Notes: generated by a model from the sequence alone, not told the origin. Shown: positions 40,335 to 50,131, numbered from the stretch's first letter. The stretch: DNA of 64,000 nt from Candidatus Pyrohabitans jungbluthii (GCA_002010065.2 MTMD02000006.1:1-64000); one strand, 5' to 3'. Translations and numbers: made by a program.

Positions 40335-40774
40335 GTCTGGATGGTTGGATACAGAAGGCTGAAGAGGAAGCGGAAAAGCTCCCCGCGAGCGGCGGGGAGT
40401 TCTGGAAGCCAGGCGATGGAATGTACAAGATCTTGCTCGGAGAGCCGAAGTTCAGAGATCAGGAGTTCAACAAGAAGGACGGCACGGTGGAAAAGAGGCG
40501 CATGGCAGATTTTCCAATCCTACTCGTGGAGGATGGGCAAGTTGCCGGAAGAGCGACATGGAGCATGAGGGTGAGCAGACATGAGAAGTCAGTATACCAG
40601 AAGGTGCTCAGAGCTGCGAAAGAAGCTGTGAAAGCGGGGGATATCACAGAAGTGGACGGTGCAAAGCTCCTCGCTTTGATTGTAGAGGTGCGAGGCGAAG
40701 GGCTGAGTAGAGAGTGGTCTGTCTCAAACGTCAGCGAGTACAAGAAGAAGCTGGAGCAAGTCGCAAGCCTCTGA
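40331..40774 (+). CDS. Putative viral ssDNA-binding protein (OB fold)
   Basis: FWKPGDG N-terminal motif and VRGEGLSREWSV C-terminal motif typical of phage SSBs. Confidence 0.55.
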   Translation: MSLDGWIQKAEEEAEKLPASGGEFWKPGDGMYKILLGEPKFRDQEFNKKDGTVEKRRMADFPILLVEDGQVAGRATWSMRVSRHEKSVYQKVLRAAKEAVKAGDITEVDGAKLLALIVEVRGEGLSREWSVSNVSEYKKKLEQVASL

Positions 40775-40778
40775 GGCG

Positions 40779-41360
40779 GTGGCAATGTGCGACTACCCGG
40801 AATATGCGGCTCATAGTCTCCCCGGGCCTCTCCAGGAAGCTCACAAGCGCAGCATGCCCTTCCTCACTAAGTATGACGAGATGTTGAAAAAACACCTAGA
40901 CAACCTGCCAGAAGAGATAAAAGCCAAGGTCCTTGAACGCCTCTCCGAGCCACAACCCCGCAAAGGCATGCTCCTCGGTGGGCTGCACCTGGAGGACCTG
41001 CCGCGGGTAGTCAAAGAGATTGCTGACTTGATGGATGCTAGCATATACGCACCACATCAGCCCGATGTGAGGAGCGTGACCGTCAAGTTTGGCTGGGAGT
41101 GGCCGGAAGGCGATGACCACCACGTTTTCCTAGAAATCGTCGATGTGGACCGCGGGGAGAGTAGGAACACCGTAACACTGAGCAGAGTATTCTGCGAAAA
41201 CTGCGGTGGGGTCTTCTACATCCCGGTGCCTCCTGCATGCTTCCCGGGAAACCCTCCAGCATACTCTTGCCCATATTGTCTCGGCGAGTCGCTCCGCATC
41301 CTCGAGAGGGTAACAACGGTGGTACAGGCGGAAGTGCCAGCACCTCGTGGGCGGAGGTGA
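40779..41360 (+). CDS. Viral Zn-finger protein
   Basis: CENCG...CPYC near C-terminus. Confidence 0.6.
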   Translation: MAMCDYPEYAAHSLPGPLQEAHKRSMPFLTKYDEMLKKHLDNLPEEIKAKVLERLSEPQPRKGMLLGGLHLEDLPRVVKEIADLMDASIYAPHQPDVRSVTVKFGWEWPEGDDHHVFLEIVDVDRGESRNTVTLSRVFCENCGGVFYIPVPPACFPGNPPAYSCPYCLGESLRILERVTTVVQAEVPAPRGRR

Positions 41361-41366
41361 ACCACA

Positions 41367-42347
41367 ATGCCAGAGCTGTGGTTGAAAATCGAGGAAGGTG
41401 CAGTCACTGAGGTCAAGCTAGATGGGATATCCGCAGCTCTAAAGAAGCCTGTAGAGTCCACAGAGATTCCTTTCTTTCTTGAGGCAGTAGGGTTTCTCCA
41501 ACGTTGTGGTTTCGGATTCAAGGTTCCAGAGAACTCGAAAGCTGAGGTCCAGGATCCTGGGGCTGAGGTTCCTACCACACCGAAAGAGAGACACTCTGGT
41601 GAAGACGAAAAAAAGCCAAGCGCTTTCTTCTGTATCCCTCACGACGAAAGGGAGAAAAAGATTCTCACAATTCTCGAGGGTGGAGAAAAGCTCGGTGCAA
41701 AAGAAATTGCAGAGAAGCTTGGTGGCATCAGCTCACGTGGATTGTCAAAAATACTGCGAAGCATGTATGAGAAAGGGCTCATATTGCGGGAAATAGAGGA
41801 GGAGAAGGGAAGGCCCTCGCGCTATATCTACTTCATACCAACGGAGCTCAGGGAAGAAAACCTGCGTGAAGCAATAATAGCTGTCTTCAAAGAGAGCGGA
41901 CGCAATCGTCTCAAAGCAAGGCAGATCGCAAAACGGCTTGAAAAGAGAGGCATCAGCATTTCCATCCCCAAGCTTAGAGTCGTACTGAAAGACCTCGCAG
42001 ACGAGGGCATACTGGATGTAGAGAAGCAGAGCCGCCCTCGCTACTACTCCTCAACAACGCAGCAGCCGGAGAAAGTTGCCTCAGAGTCACCATGGGCTGC
42101 TCCTCCAAAGGTCGAAGAGGAGAAGGTAGAGCTTTCCAGCGAGGAGGAGACAACCCTACAGGAGATTTACGATAAAGGGCAGGTATGGGACGACGAGATC
42201 AGCAGGGAAACGAGAAAGCTCTACAGGCAGCTCGAGGACAAAGGACTACTCAGAGCTTCGGTTACCACCTGGGATGAGGGGAAGAAAAAGTTCCGCCGCG
42301 CATTCTGGACCCTCACAGAGAAAGGCATTGCGGCTCTTGGAGGGTGA
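41367..42347 (+). CDS. Multi-winged-helix DNA-binding protein
   Basis: Three wHTH-like units (AKEIAEKL...LRSMYEKGLI; ARQIAKRL...LKDLADEGIL; LEDKGLL...WTLTEKG). Confidence 0.75.
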   Translation: MPELWLKIEEGAVTEVKLDGISAALKKPVESTEIPFFLEAVGFLQRCGFGFKVPENSKAEVQDPGAEVPTTPKERHSGEDEKKPSAFFCIPHDEREKKILTILEGGEKLGAKEIAEKLGGISSRGLSKILRSMYEKGLILREIEEEKGRPSRYIYFIPTELREENLREAIIAVFKESGRNRLKARQIAKRLEKRGISISIPKLRVVLKDLADEGILDVEKQSRPRYYSSTTQQPEKVASESPWAAPPKVEEEKVELSSEEETTLQEIYDKGQVWDDEISRETRKLYRQLEDKGLLRASVTTWDEGKKKFRRAFWTLTEKGIAALGG

Positions 42348-42350
42348 TAG

Positions 42351-42530
42351 ATGCCCGGCTGGAGAGTTTTCAGGGAGAATATCCTGTGTGCCAGAGAGCT
42401 CTTCTTCTGCCCGGAATGCGGCAGCCACGACATCTACAAAAGAACCAGGAAGGGTGGGTACTACTGCAACCTCCACAAGGGGATCTTCGAAAAACCTCTC
42501 ATATTCAGGAGGGTGGAAAACAGTGGTTAA
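42351..42530 (+). CDS. Small Zn-ribbon protein (59 aa)
   Basis: MPGWRVFRENILCARELFFCPECGSHDIYKRTRKGGYYCNLHKG. Confidence 0.6.
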   Translation: MPGWRVFRENILCARELFFCPECGSHDIYKRTRKGGYYCNLHKGIFEKPLIFRRVENSG

Positions 42531-42684
42531 ACGCAGACGGCTCAGCAAGCAGGAGGAAAGGATACGCAAACTGCAGAGGCTCACCAGGCGCGACCTGGTC
42601 AAAAAGGAGCGCCCCATCTGCAACGTGTGCTTCCGCCCTGTAGGCTCATGCGATTACTGCAGGAAGGAAATGCAGAAGGCATGA
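42523..42684 (+). CDS. Small basic Cys4 protein
   Basis: GTG after GGAGGG; MVKRRRLSKQ...CNVCFRPVGSCDYC. Confidence 0.55.
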   Translation: MVKRRRLSKQEERIRKLQRLTRRDLVKKERPICNVCFRPVGSCDYCRKEMQKA

Positions 42685-42911
42685 GAAGGAGGTGAAAACC
42701 TGAAGATCAGGCTAACTATCGCGGACCTTTTCACCATCCTCGATGCTGCGCATGCCCTAGGGAAGAAAGGAGAAACCGCAAAGGTAGGAGAGCTGAGATG
42801 CCATAAGCATGCGCTGATGCAACGCCATGGCTTAGATGAGAGCAGCGTGGCGAAACTGAAGGAAGCACTGAGGAGAGGTAAGTACAGCATCATAGGAGGT
42901 GATGCCGCAAA

Positions 42912-43168
42912 GGGTAATACCCAATTTTTTGCAACAAAAAGGGGTAATACCCGAGGTATTACAAAAGCAAATTTTTCGCGTTGATTTATAAATAAACTCA
43001 AGAAAAAAATCAGGAGGAAGGAAAGAAAAATGATATGGATTAGTTTGGAGAAGGAGAAAAGAAAAAAAGCGTTTCTGGGACGAAATGTATACACGCTGAT
43101 GTATTCCCTCCGCTACAAAAAAAGCCTTTGGGTAATACCCGGGGTATTACCCCTGAGGGGTATTACCC
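42912..43168. repeat. Array of GGGTA(A/T)TACCC palindromic repeats around an A-rich spacer; putative viral origin
   Basis: Copies at 42912, 42942, (42955 partial), 43130, 43142, 43158. Confidence 0.8.
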
Positions 43169-43196
43169 TTACAATGTTCATTGGAGTGGTGCGATC

Positions 43197-43583
43197 ATGC
43201 CTTCGAAGGACAGCATTGTGGTCACTGCAAGGTTGCGAAAAGACGAGTATGAAGCTCTGCAAGAGGTCATGAAGATGCACAGACTCAGCGTTGCAGGCGT
43301 GCTCAGGTTCGCAGTGGCGAAGCTGAAGAAGGACAAGCCAAGCCCGCGCCTGAAGCTGCCAGAGCACCCAAAGCAGTGCAAGCTGTACAAAGCAATGCTT
43401 GACTGGATGCGGAAAAGCGGCACGCCAAAGTTACCGCCGTCAGAGCTCAGAAAGATCCAGTACTTCACAGGCATCATGACTAAACAGACCCTGGAGCGCT
43501 ACCTCGAGGCGCTAGAAGTACAGGGCTTCGTGAAGCGCAATCGCGGATATGTTACGGTGCTGAAGAAGTGGGAGGAGGATTAG
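43197..43583 (+). CDS. RHH + wHTH DNA-binding protein
   Basis: VVTARLRKDEYEAL...SVAGVLRFAV; TLERYLEALEVQGFVKR. Confidence 0.7.
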   Translation: MPSKDSIVVTARLRKDEYEALQEVMKMHRLSVAGVLRFAVAKLKKDKPSPRLKLPEHPKQCKLYKAMLDWMRKSGTPKLPPSELRKIQYFTGIMTKQTLERYLEALEVQGFVKRNRGYVTVLKKWEED

Positions 43584-43584
43584 G

Positions 43585-43791
43585 ATGCTATATGACCTGT
43601 ATGAGATCATTCTGGAGAATCCGGGCATAACGAGGAAGGAGATACTCAAGGAAGTTGACCTGCATCCGACGAACGTATCAAAGTACATCTCGCGCCTTGT
43701 GAAGAAAGGCAAAGTTGTTAGAGTCAGGGAGCGGGTGCCAGGAAACGTCACGCGCTACTATCCAGTTGAGATAGCTGGAAAGAGGAGATAA
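43585..43791 (+). CDS. MarR-like wHTH protein
   Basis: ENPGITRKEIL...VSKYISRLVKKGKV. Confidence 0.8.
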   Translation: MLYDLYEIILENPGITRKEILKEVDLHPTNVSKYISRLVKKGKVVRVRERVPGNVTRYYPVEIAGKRR

Positions 43792-43929
43792 AAATGCGTT
43801 GGAAAATCTTTTCTTGGCAAAGTTGAGAGGGGGGAGAGGCGTGAAGTGGAGATGCGTTGATGACTCAAAGCCACTTGGAAGGTGCATCTATAGCGCCTCG
43901 ACAATAACAGTGAGGTGGGAGTTGGTGCC

Positions 43930-45450
43930 ATGAGCCGAGACCGCGTCATGATTGAATTGCTAGATTACTCATTAAGCAATCTAAAGAGAGAGTTGGAGCG
44001 GCTAGACGAATACATACAAGAACTCCAGAGGGAGAGGGAAAGGATAAGCATAGAGATAGAGAAGAAGCTCGAGGAGCTGAAGGCACCACCCGACATAGAT
44101 GTAGAAGAGCTGAAGAACTTCCTCAGAAACAGGGAGAAGTACATCCTGCTCCACAAGAGGGCAGATCAGTGGTGGATAGTCGTACCGAGATTTGTGAACC
44201 TTTACCTTGGTTGGCTGGAGCACGAGACGCCCTCCTTCAGGGTGTTTGCGATCAACAAGTACTTCAACTGGATTCTCGACCTGCCGAAGGAGATCAGGGA
44301 GAAAATAAAAGCCCCCGAGCCAGAGCCCTTCACGGTCTCAGATGGATTTCTCATCACCCCACCGGAGTTGCAGGATAGAGCCTGGCAGAAGTACAGAAAG
44401 CACCTCACCAGGAGAGAAGGGAAAGACAAGATAAGGATAAAAGCCGGGCACGAGTTCCTGCTTATCGCCAAAATAATAGAGGAGGGCTCTCTGCCCTTCG
44501 TCCCAAAGCCTGTTTCTGAGAAAGATCTGAGAGACTGGAACAAAATAAAGCTGAGAAGCCACCAGGAGAAAGCTTGGCAGCAGCTTCTTAAGTGGGGCGC
44601 TATCGGCATATTCTGGCCCTACGGCGCTGGCAAAAGCTACTTCGGGATATACCTCCTTGCAAGGATAACAGGGAGAAAGCTCGTGGTGGTTCCAACGGTT
44701 CTACTCAAAGAGCAGTGGATAAAGAGGATAAGAAAGCACATACCTGAGTTCGAGCATGAAATTGATGTAATAACCTACGCAGGCTATGAGAAAGTGAGAG
44801 ACAGGGAGTATACCCTGACAATATACGACGAGTGCCATCGATTGCCCGCGAACACCTACATCAGGCTCTCCACCATCAGAACCAAATATAGAGTTGGCTT
44901 GAGCGGTAGCCCCTTTAGGGAGGACGGCAGAGAGAACTACATCTTTGCCCTGACCGGCTATCCCCTGGGCATGAACTGGAACGAGTTTATCCGCCAGGGC
45001 TACGTGAACGTGCCCACATTCAAAGTCTACATTGTTAAGGACGAAAGAGAGAAGCTGAAAAAGCTTGACGAGCTGCTTGGAATCCCGCTTAAAACAATAA
45101 TCTTCTGCGACTACCTTGAGCTAGGTAGGAAGATCAGCAGCAAATTTGGCATACCCTTCGTTCACGGTGGCACAAAGAACAGGCTGGAGGTAATCAGAAG
45201 CAGCAGTACCGTCGTAGTCTCAAGGGTGGGCGACGAAGGCATATCCATTCCCGACCTTGAGAGGGTGATAGAGGTTGCCTTCCTAGGGAGAAGCAGGAGG
45301 CAAGAGGCTCAGCGCTTCGGCAGACTTATGCACAGCCAGCAGCGTGAACCGCAGCACATCATCATAATGACAGAAAGGGAGTTCAAGGAGTACCAGAGGC
45401 GACTGTATGCAATAACCGAGAGGGGATTCAGGATAGATATAGTGAGATGA
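43930..45450 (+). CDS. SF2 helicase, XPB/Rad25-like
   Basis: LRSHQ, PYGAGKS, YDECH, GLSGSPFREDG, VGDEGISIPD, QRFGR. Confidence 0.88.
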   Translation: MSRDRVMIELLDYSLSNLKRELERLDEYIQELQRERERISIEIEKKLEELKAPPDIDVEELKNFLRNREKYILLHKRADQWWIVVPRFVNLYLGWLEHETPSFRVFAINKYFNWILDLPKEIREKIKAPEPEPFTVSDGFLITPPELQDRAWQKYRKHLTRREGKDKIRIKAGHEFLLIAKIIEEGSLPFVPKPVSEKDLRDWNKIKLRSHQEKAWQQLLKWGAIGIFWPYGAGKSYFGIYLLARITGRKLVVVPTVLLKEQWIKRIRKHIPEFEHEIDVITYAGYEKVRDREYTLTIYDECHRLPANTYIRLSTIRTKYRVGLSGSPFREDGRENYIFALTGYPLGMNWNEFIRQGYVNVPTFKVYIVKDEREKLKKLDELLGIPLKTIIFCDYLELGRKISSKFGIPFVHGGTKNRLEVIRSSSTVVVSRVGDEGISIPDLERVIEVAFLGRSRRQEAQRFGRLMHSQQREPQHIIIMTEREFKEYQRRLYAITERGFRIDIVR

Positions 45451-45466
45451 ATTGGAGGCCTAGTCC

Positions 45467-45613
45467 ATGCCGAGTCAGCTTGAAATTGAGACCGTGCTGA
45501 AGATCATCAAGCTCAGAATTGCAGAGGGCATGGGATACAGGAGTATTGCAAGAAAGGTCGGGGTGGATTGGAAAACAGTGCGAAAGTACGTGAAGTTATA
45601 TGAAAAATTATAA
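45467..45613 (+). CDS. Small HTH protein (48 aa)
   Basis: GGAGG RBS; EGMGYRSIARKVGVDWKTVRKYV. Confidence 0.75.
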   Translation: MPSQLEIETVLKIIKLRIAEGMGYRSIARKVGVDWKTVRKYVKLYEKL

Positions 45614-45652
45614 AAAAGAAAAAAGGATGCTGAGAACACAGCATTGTATTGA

Positions 45653-45865
45653 TTACACTATAGAAACCAAGTCATCGACTATATAGATGGGAACTCCTTG
45701 CGATATTAATAAAGCTCTTAGACCAAGTCTACCAAGACCATAGAGTTTTTCTTTAGGAACACTAAAAAATCTCTTTCTGCCTTTGTATACACTAAAGTCG
45801 TTCTTGTTTAGTTGTGCTCTCCAAGTAACTTTTCCGTGTCGAATCCGAATTCCTATCCTTTTCAC
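45653..45865 (-). CDS. Small basic viral protein, opposite strand
   Basis: GTG start overlapping AGGAGGTG; own TATA upstream; AT-rich. Confidence 0.45.
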   Translation of the reverse strand: MKRIGIRIRHGKVTWRAQLNKNDFSVYKGRKRFFSVPKEKLYGLGRLGLRALLISQGVPIYIVDDLVSIV

Positions 45866-46033
45866 CTCCTTTTAGTTTTACAAAATTAAAAAGGAATAGC
45901 ACACTTATAAATATGTCGATTAATTTATTCAACCACATGAGCAAACAATAGTTAGGATTGCAAACCTATTTTTTAAGGGTATACCATAAGTGAATCAGAT
46001 ATGGAAATATACTAACCATTTCAAGTTTTCTCC

Positions 46034-46234
46034 ATGGACATTTATCAGATTTGGGCCTATGTGGCCACGGTTGCAGCCGCAATCCTCGCGTGGCTCAACA
46101 CTCGCAAGCCGCAGATCTACGACCTTCTCATTGAAATTCTCCAGGCTGCCAAGGACGACGAGATAACAGAAGAGGAGTTCCAGGAGATAGTGGACAAAGC
46201 TATCGCTGTCCTTGGCATCGACCTCAGCAAGTAG
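46034..46234 (+). CDS. Small single-TM protein (holin-like candidate)
   Basis: N-terminal TM followed by acidic DDEITEEE helix. Confidence 0.5.
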   Translation: MDIYQIWAYVATVAAAILAWLNTRKPQIYDLLIEILQAAKDDEITEEEFQEIVDKAIAVLGIDLSK

Positions 46235-46262
46235 CGATCATTTCCCTGATGGCGGACGGGAA

Positions 46263-46745
46263 ATGATGCGCCGGCCCCAGGGCGCGGTACAAATACTGGG
46301 GCCTTCCTCTCCAGCGATGACGGCGAAAATCTATGATCTCCTGGCAAAGACAGGAGTCACTTCACTTGAAACAAAGATAGCCGCTTTTCTCGGGCGCTTC
46401 TGGCGGGACAGGGTTCTAAAGAGGCGTACGCTCGAAGGCGTTGTTGGCGAAGTTTTCATGACTCGGGGTAAAATCAGGGGACAGAGCAGAAACATCATCA
46501 AAAAGGGATACGTTCCGCCAGACGAGCTTGAATATCCAGACATCTACGAGATAGTTTACCAGGCATGGCTCCTTGCGGACAGCGGGAAGAAATACTTACT
46601 CAGCCTCTTCAAGCACCAACTCTGGATCCTTAACTCTCGCGTGAGAATCACAAAGTACAACTGCATAGTGCATCTCGGCCATCGTTTTGTGATAGGCAGC
46701 GACGTGGAAATCTACCCCGTGGAGGTGGAACTCGTTGGTATTTAA
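46263..46745 (+). CDS. Viral hypothetical protein
   Basis: Open ORF with viral codon usage in a packed operon. Confidence 0.55.
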   Translation: MMRRPQGAVQILGPSSPAMTAKIYDLLAKTGVTSLETKIAAFLGRFWRDRVLKRRTLEGVVGEVFMTRGKIRGQSRNIIKKGYVPPDELEYPDIYEIVYQAWLLADSGKKYLLSLFKHQLWILNSRVRITKYNCIVHLGHRFVIGSDVEIYPVEVELVGI

Positions 46746-46888
46746 GTTGCCGGTAGAAGTGGATTATCTCTCAGGAACATTCGCGGGATTGGGAAGGCTA
46801 TGGAAGCATCATGATACCACTGCTAGTGACTGCGTATGCCCTCACCCTGGTCACCTCTGCGAAGACTGCCATGGGAGGGAGATAGCAG

Positions 46889-47119
46889 GTGAAGCCACCA
46901 GGCTGCAAAGATGAGAGCCCACTTCAGGGCGCTTGCTGCACAAAATATTGTAAGCATCGCAACACCTGCAACCTGCCGCGGATACCTTTCCTTATCCACG
47001 CAGTTGTGATCAATCGCAAGCTCAGGAAAATCTTCACGGATGCTTACATCAACGACATTGTCCACCTTAAAGCGAAGTTATTGGGTGGTGGAAATAGAGC
47101 TGGAAGAACGCATAACTGA
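46889..47119 (+). CDS. Cys-rich viral protein
   Basis: CCTKYCKHRNTC cluster. Confidence 0.45.
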   Translation: MKPPGCKDESPLQGACCTKYCKHRNTCNLPRIPFLIHAVVINRKLRKIFTDAYINDIVHLKAKLLGGGNRAGRTHN

Positions 47120-47375
47120 AATAACGTGCTTCAATCCAGAATGCTCAAATAGAATAAAAACAACCATAGAGCAGAAGCGCGACTTCCTAATCTCGTTTGC
47201 ACTGAAGTATGACGCAACAGTGCTCCCCACTTGCTCTAAAGAATGCGCCCAGAAGCTGCTCAATATCCTCGGAGACTATAAGGAGATAGCAAGGAAGGCA
47301 GAAGAGGCACGGCAGAAGATGCGGAAGAAGAAAGCGTCATCCGACGACCCACGGAATCAACATAGACAAACTTAA
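47040..47375 (+). CDS. Viral Zn-finger protein (start probably near 47085-47088)
   Basis: CFNPEC...CSKEC. Confidence 0.55.
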   Translation: MLTSTTLSTLKRSYWVVEIELEERITEITCFNPECSNRIKTTIEQKRDFLISFALKYDATVLPTCSKECAQKLLNILGDYKEIARKAEEARQKMRKKKASSDDPRNQHRQT

Positions 47376-47464
47376 TTACTTTTCACTTTTCCCGTGGTCT
47401 AGGGAATGCTATATAAATAGGAAATAGGAAAGAAAATCTAGTAAAAAAGAGGGGTGATGTAAGG

Positions 47465-47923
47465 ATGGAGGATAAATTTAATTATACGGCATTTTTTGGT
47501 GGAGTTACATTCGTTCTTGCGCTTTATTTTATAGGGGAGTATATAAGCAATTCAATTGCACCAGTGAACCTTAGTCAATCAAATGCAATTTTGTGGGTGT
47601 CTATATTTATAGGATTATCAATGGGTCACTATATAGGGAAAGCTATAACAAAAGGAGGAGGAACACTGAATTCATTTCTTGTAGGTATTTTTGTAACATT
47701 AACTTTATTCACTATTGCATTTGTAACAGGTGTATCGAATCTCACAGGTGTTATGATTTTCCTCACTATTTCTGTGTTCTTAATGCATTATTCAGACTTG
47801 CTAGAAAAACATGAAAATGTAGAAATATTAATTGATATTTTCGCTCAAAAAATTTCGGGAGTGGTTTTAGTTATCTTCGCCATAATTAAATATCTCATAC
47901 CTGTTCTCCAAAAAATTATTTAG
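47465..47923 (+). CDS. AT-rich polytopic membrane protein (moron)
   Basis: About 5 TMs; own TATA (TATATAAATA) and GGGGTGA RBS. Confidence 0.7.
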   Translation: MEDKFNYTAFFGGVTFVLALYFIGEYISNSIAPVNLSQSNAILWVSIFIGLSMGHYIGKAITKGGGTLNSFLVGIFVTLTLFTIAFVTGVSNLTGVMIFLTISVFLMHYSDLLEKHENVEILIDIFAQKISGVVLVIFAIIKYLIPVLQKII

Positions 47924-47933
47924 CTAATAGGCA

Positions 47934-48146
47934 TTATTTTGTTCGGAGATATACGCCGAAAGCCATGAAAATGACACCGACTATAATAGTAGTAACTGTT
48001 GCACCCTTTATTCCAGTTCCAGTGAGTCCAATACCCCCTGGGCCTGCAAGTTCAAGAGCAGACAGTTTCGCTTCGACTCCGATTGATGATAATAATAGAA
48101 GAGACCCAATTCCAATTAGAACTGTCCCAAGGTCTTTGTTTTTCAT
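47934..48146 (-). CDS. AT-rich two-TM protein (moron)
   Basis: Two hydrophobic segments; convergent with previous gene. Confidence 0.6.
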   Translation of the reverse strand: MKNKDLGTVLIGIGSLLLLSSIGVEAKLSALELAGPGGIGLTGTGIKGATVTTIIVGVIFMAFGVYLRTK

Positions 48147-48301
48147 ACGAATTTATTGTGAACTTCTTTATATTTAAAAATTATTGATTTACAAATATTG
48201 TTTACTTCTTCTACCAAAACTTGGTACCAAATATTGTGCTAATTGCGGGACATTTCATGAAGTTTAAATGAATTCTACAAAGGTCCTAATACATTATCTG
48301 C

Positions 48302-48318
48302 CTGACTTTCCTTTTTAA
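48302..48318 (+). promoter_or_regulatory. Viral late promoter motif copy 1 (terS)
   Basis: CTGACTTTCCTTTTTAA, 32 nt from TATA start to ATG. Confidence 0.75.
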
Positions 48319-48343
48319 CCTAAACGAACCTTGACGAATCTAT

Positions 48344-48775
48344 ATGAACCTTTACAATCCTAAATGCAAGATCTGCCGTAGCGGGCATGCCGACAAAGTT
48401 AACCAGATGCTCATCGAAGGCAGACCCTACAGCGAGATCATCGCCAAGCTTGAGAAGCACATCCCGGGGCTCAGCAAGGCGAACATCACCAACCACAAGC
48501 GCCATTTCCCGGTAGTGCCCGAGGCAGTGAAAGAGTTTCAGAAGCAACTTGAGGAGGGGAAGCGCAAGGTCATTGACGACCTCGAGTTCCTTGAGAAGGT
48601 CAAGGCCAAAGCGGATGCTCTGCTTGACATCACCAGCGACCCGAGCGACCTTCAGAAGATAACCGCAGCCGCTGTCCAGGCAATGAAGCTCAAGTACGAG
48701 ATTTCCGGCGACGTCAACAACCCTGTGAAGGAGCTCCTGGAGGTCCTCTATGCTGAGGACGAAGAAGCTGGCTAA
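48344..48775 (+). CDS. Terminase small subunit (probable)
   Basis: CKIC...HKRH Zn-HTH N-terminus, helical; immediately upstream of TerL. Confidence 0.7.
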   Translation: MNLYNPKCKICRSGHADKVNQMLIEGRPYSEIIAKLEKHIPGLSKANITNHKRHFPVVPEAVKEFQKQLEEGKRKVIDDLEFLEKVKAKADALLDITSDPSDLQKITAAAVQAMKLKYEISGDVNNPVKELLEVLYAEDEEAG

Positions 48776-50084
48776 ACCTCTCAGGGATCCCGTCACCTTT
48801 GCAAAAAAGCTGCTTGGCTGGACACCTCACGAAGCGCAGGAGCAAATCCTCAGGGACAGGGCAAAGAACCTCACAGTCGCAGCAGGACGAAGATTCGGCA
48901 AGAGCGAGTGCATGGCAGTCTCCGCGATCCACTATGCCATAGCGCACCCTGGAAGCATTCAGTTCATCATCGCCCCAACCTACGACCAGGCACAGATTAT
49001 CTTTGACACCATCGTCAGGCTGCTTTCCAGGTCGCCGCTCATTCAGCTGGTGGATAAGGTGGTCTACACTCCCTTCCCGAAGCTCCGCTTTCTTACAGGC
49101 TCAATTATTCATGCCCGCTCCGCTGACAAGCCTCAGAACCTGCGAGGCCATAAGGCGCACCGCATAATCCTCGACGAAGCGGGCTACATTAAGGACGAGG
49201 CGGTCACCAACGTAATTGAGCCAATGCTCGCTGACTATGACGGAGACCTGATCAAGATTGGCACCCCTGCGGGAAGAAACCACTTCTATGACTCATTCAT
49301 CAGGGGGCTCGAGAGAAATGAGTACTACAGCAGCTACCAGTTCCCATCCTGGGTAAACCCGCACATCTCCAGGGAATACATAGAGCGCAAGAAGAAAGAA
49401 TACGGGGAGAACAGCATCCGCTTCCGCACCGAGTACATGGCGGAGTTCATAGACGACCAGAATGCTGTCTTCCCATGGCGCAGCATTCAGGCGTGCATCG
49501 AAGAAGATATAGAGCTCCTCGAGGGTAGGACCCATGCCAAGCAGCGCTTCGTCTTCGGCGTGGACGTGGCGAAGTACCTCGACTACACCGTAATCATCGG
49601 CATAGATATTGCCCAGGAGCCAGCGAAGCTCATATACTTTGACCGCTTCCAGCGCCTCCCCTGGGGAGAGATAGCCAGGAGAATCGAGGACATCCATGCA
49701 AGATTCTCGCCCCAGGCAATAGTTGTGGACAGCACTGGCGCCGGCGACCCCTTGCTGGAGATGGTCCAGCACATAGCACGAGGTATAACCATCACGGGTG
49801 GCACCGCAATAACTCAGCAGGGAAACATCACCAAGGTGCCAAAGACAATCCTGGTGGAGAGGTTAGCGGCTGCAATAGACAATCGCAAGGTCATCTTCCC
49901 CAACATCCCCGAGCTGATCAACGAGCTCAAGTACTTCGAGTACGTCCGCACGAGCTCGGGTAGCCTGAAAATGGAAGCTCACGAAGGCATGCACGACGAC
50001 TGCGTCATGGCCCTAGCTCTTGCTGTATTTGGAGCATTCCACGAGCCATCGCTTCCAGACATCGACGAATGGCCCTTCTTCTGA
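48750..50084 (+). CDS. Terminase large subunit
   Basis: Walker A AGRRFGKS, Walker B IILDEAG, IGTP, RNase H GVDVAKYLDYT and HDDCVMALAL. Confidence 0.95.
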   Translation: MLRTKKLAKPLRDPVTFAKKLLGWTPHEAQEQILRDRAKNLTVAAGRRFGKSECMAVSAIHYAIAHPGSIQFIIAPTYDQAQIIFDTIVRLLSRSPLIQLVDKVVYTPFPKLRFLTGSIIHARSADKPQNLRGHKAHRIILDEAGYIKDEAVTNVIEPMLADYDGDLIKIGTPAGRNHFYDSFIRGLERNEYYSSYQFPSWVNPHISREYIERKKKEYGENSIRFRTEYMAEFIDDQNAVFPWRSIQACIEEDIELLEGRTHAKQRFVFGVDVAKYLDYTVIIGIDIAQEPAKLIYFDRFQRLPWGEIARRIEDIHARFSPQAIVVDSTGAGDPLLEMVQHIARGITITGGTAITQQGNITKVPKTILVERLAAAIDNRKVIFPNIPELINELKYFEYVRTSSGSLKMEAHEGMHDDCVMALALAVFGAFHEPSLPDIDEWPFF

Positions 50085-50097
50085 CTTTGCTTTTTAT
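50081..50097 (+). promoter_or_regulatory. Viral late promoter motif copy 2 (portal)
   Basis: CTGACTTTGCTTTTTAT overlapping the TerL stop. Confidence 0.7.
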
Positions 50098-50131
50098 GCC
50101 TTTCCCGCAGAGGGAACTCTGGTGATGTTTC

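Noticed and set aside
45467-45613. IS21-like transposase remnant
   Set aside because: Complete small HTH ORF with its own RBS and stop; no DDE domain or inverted repeats
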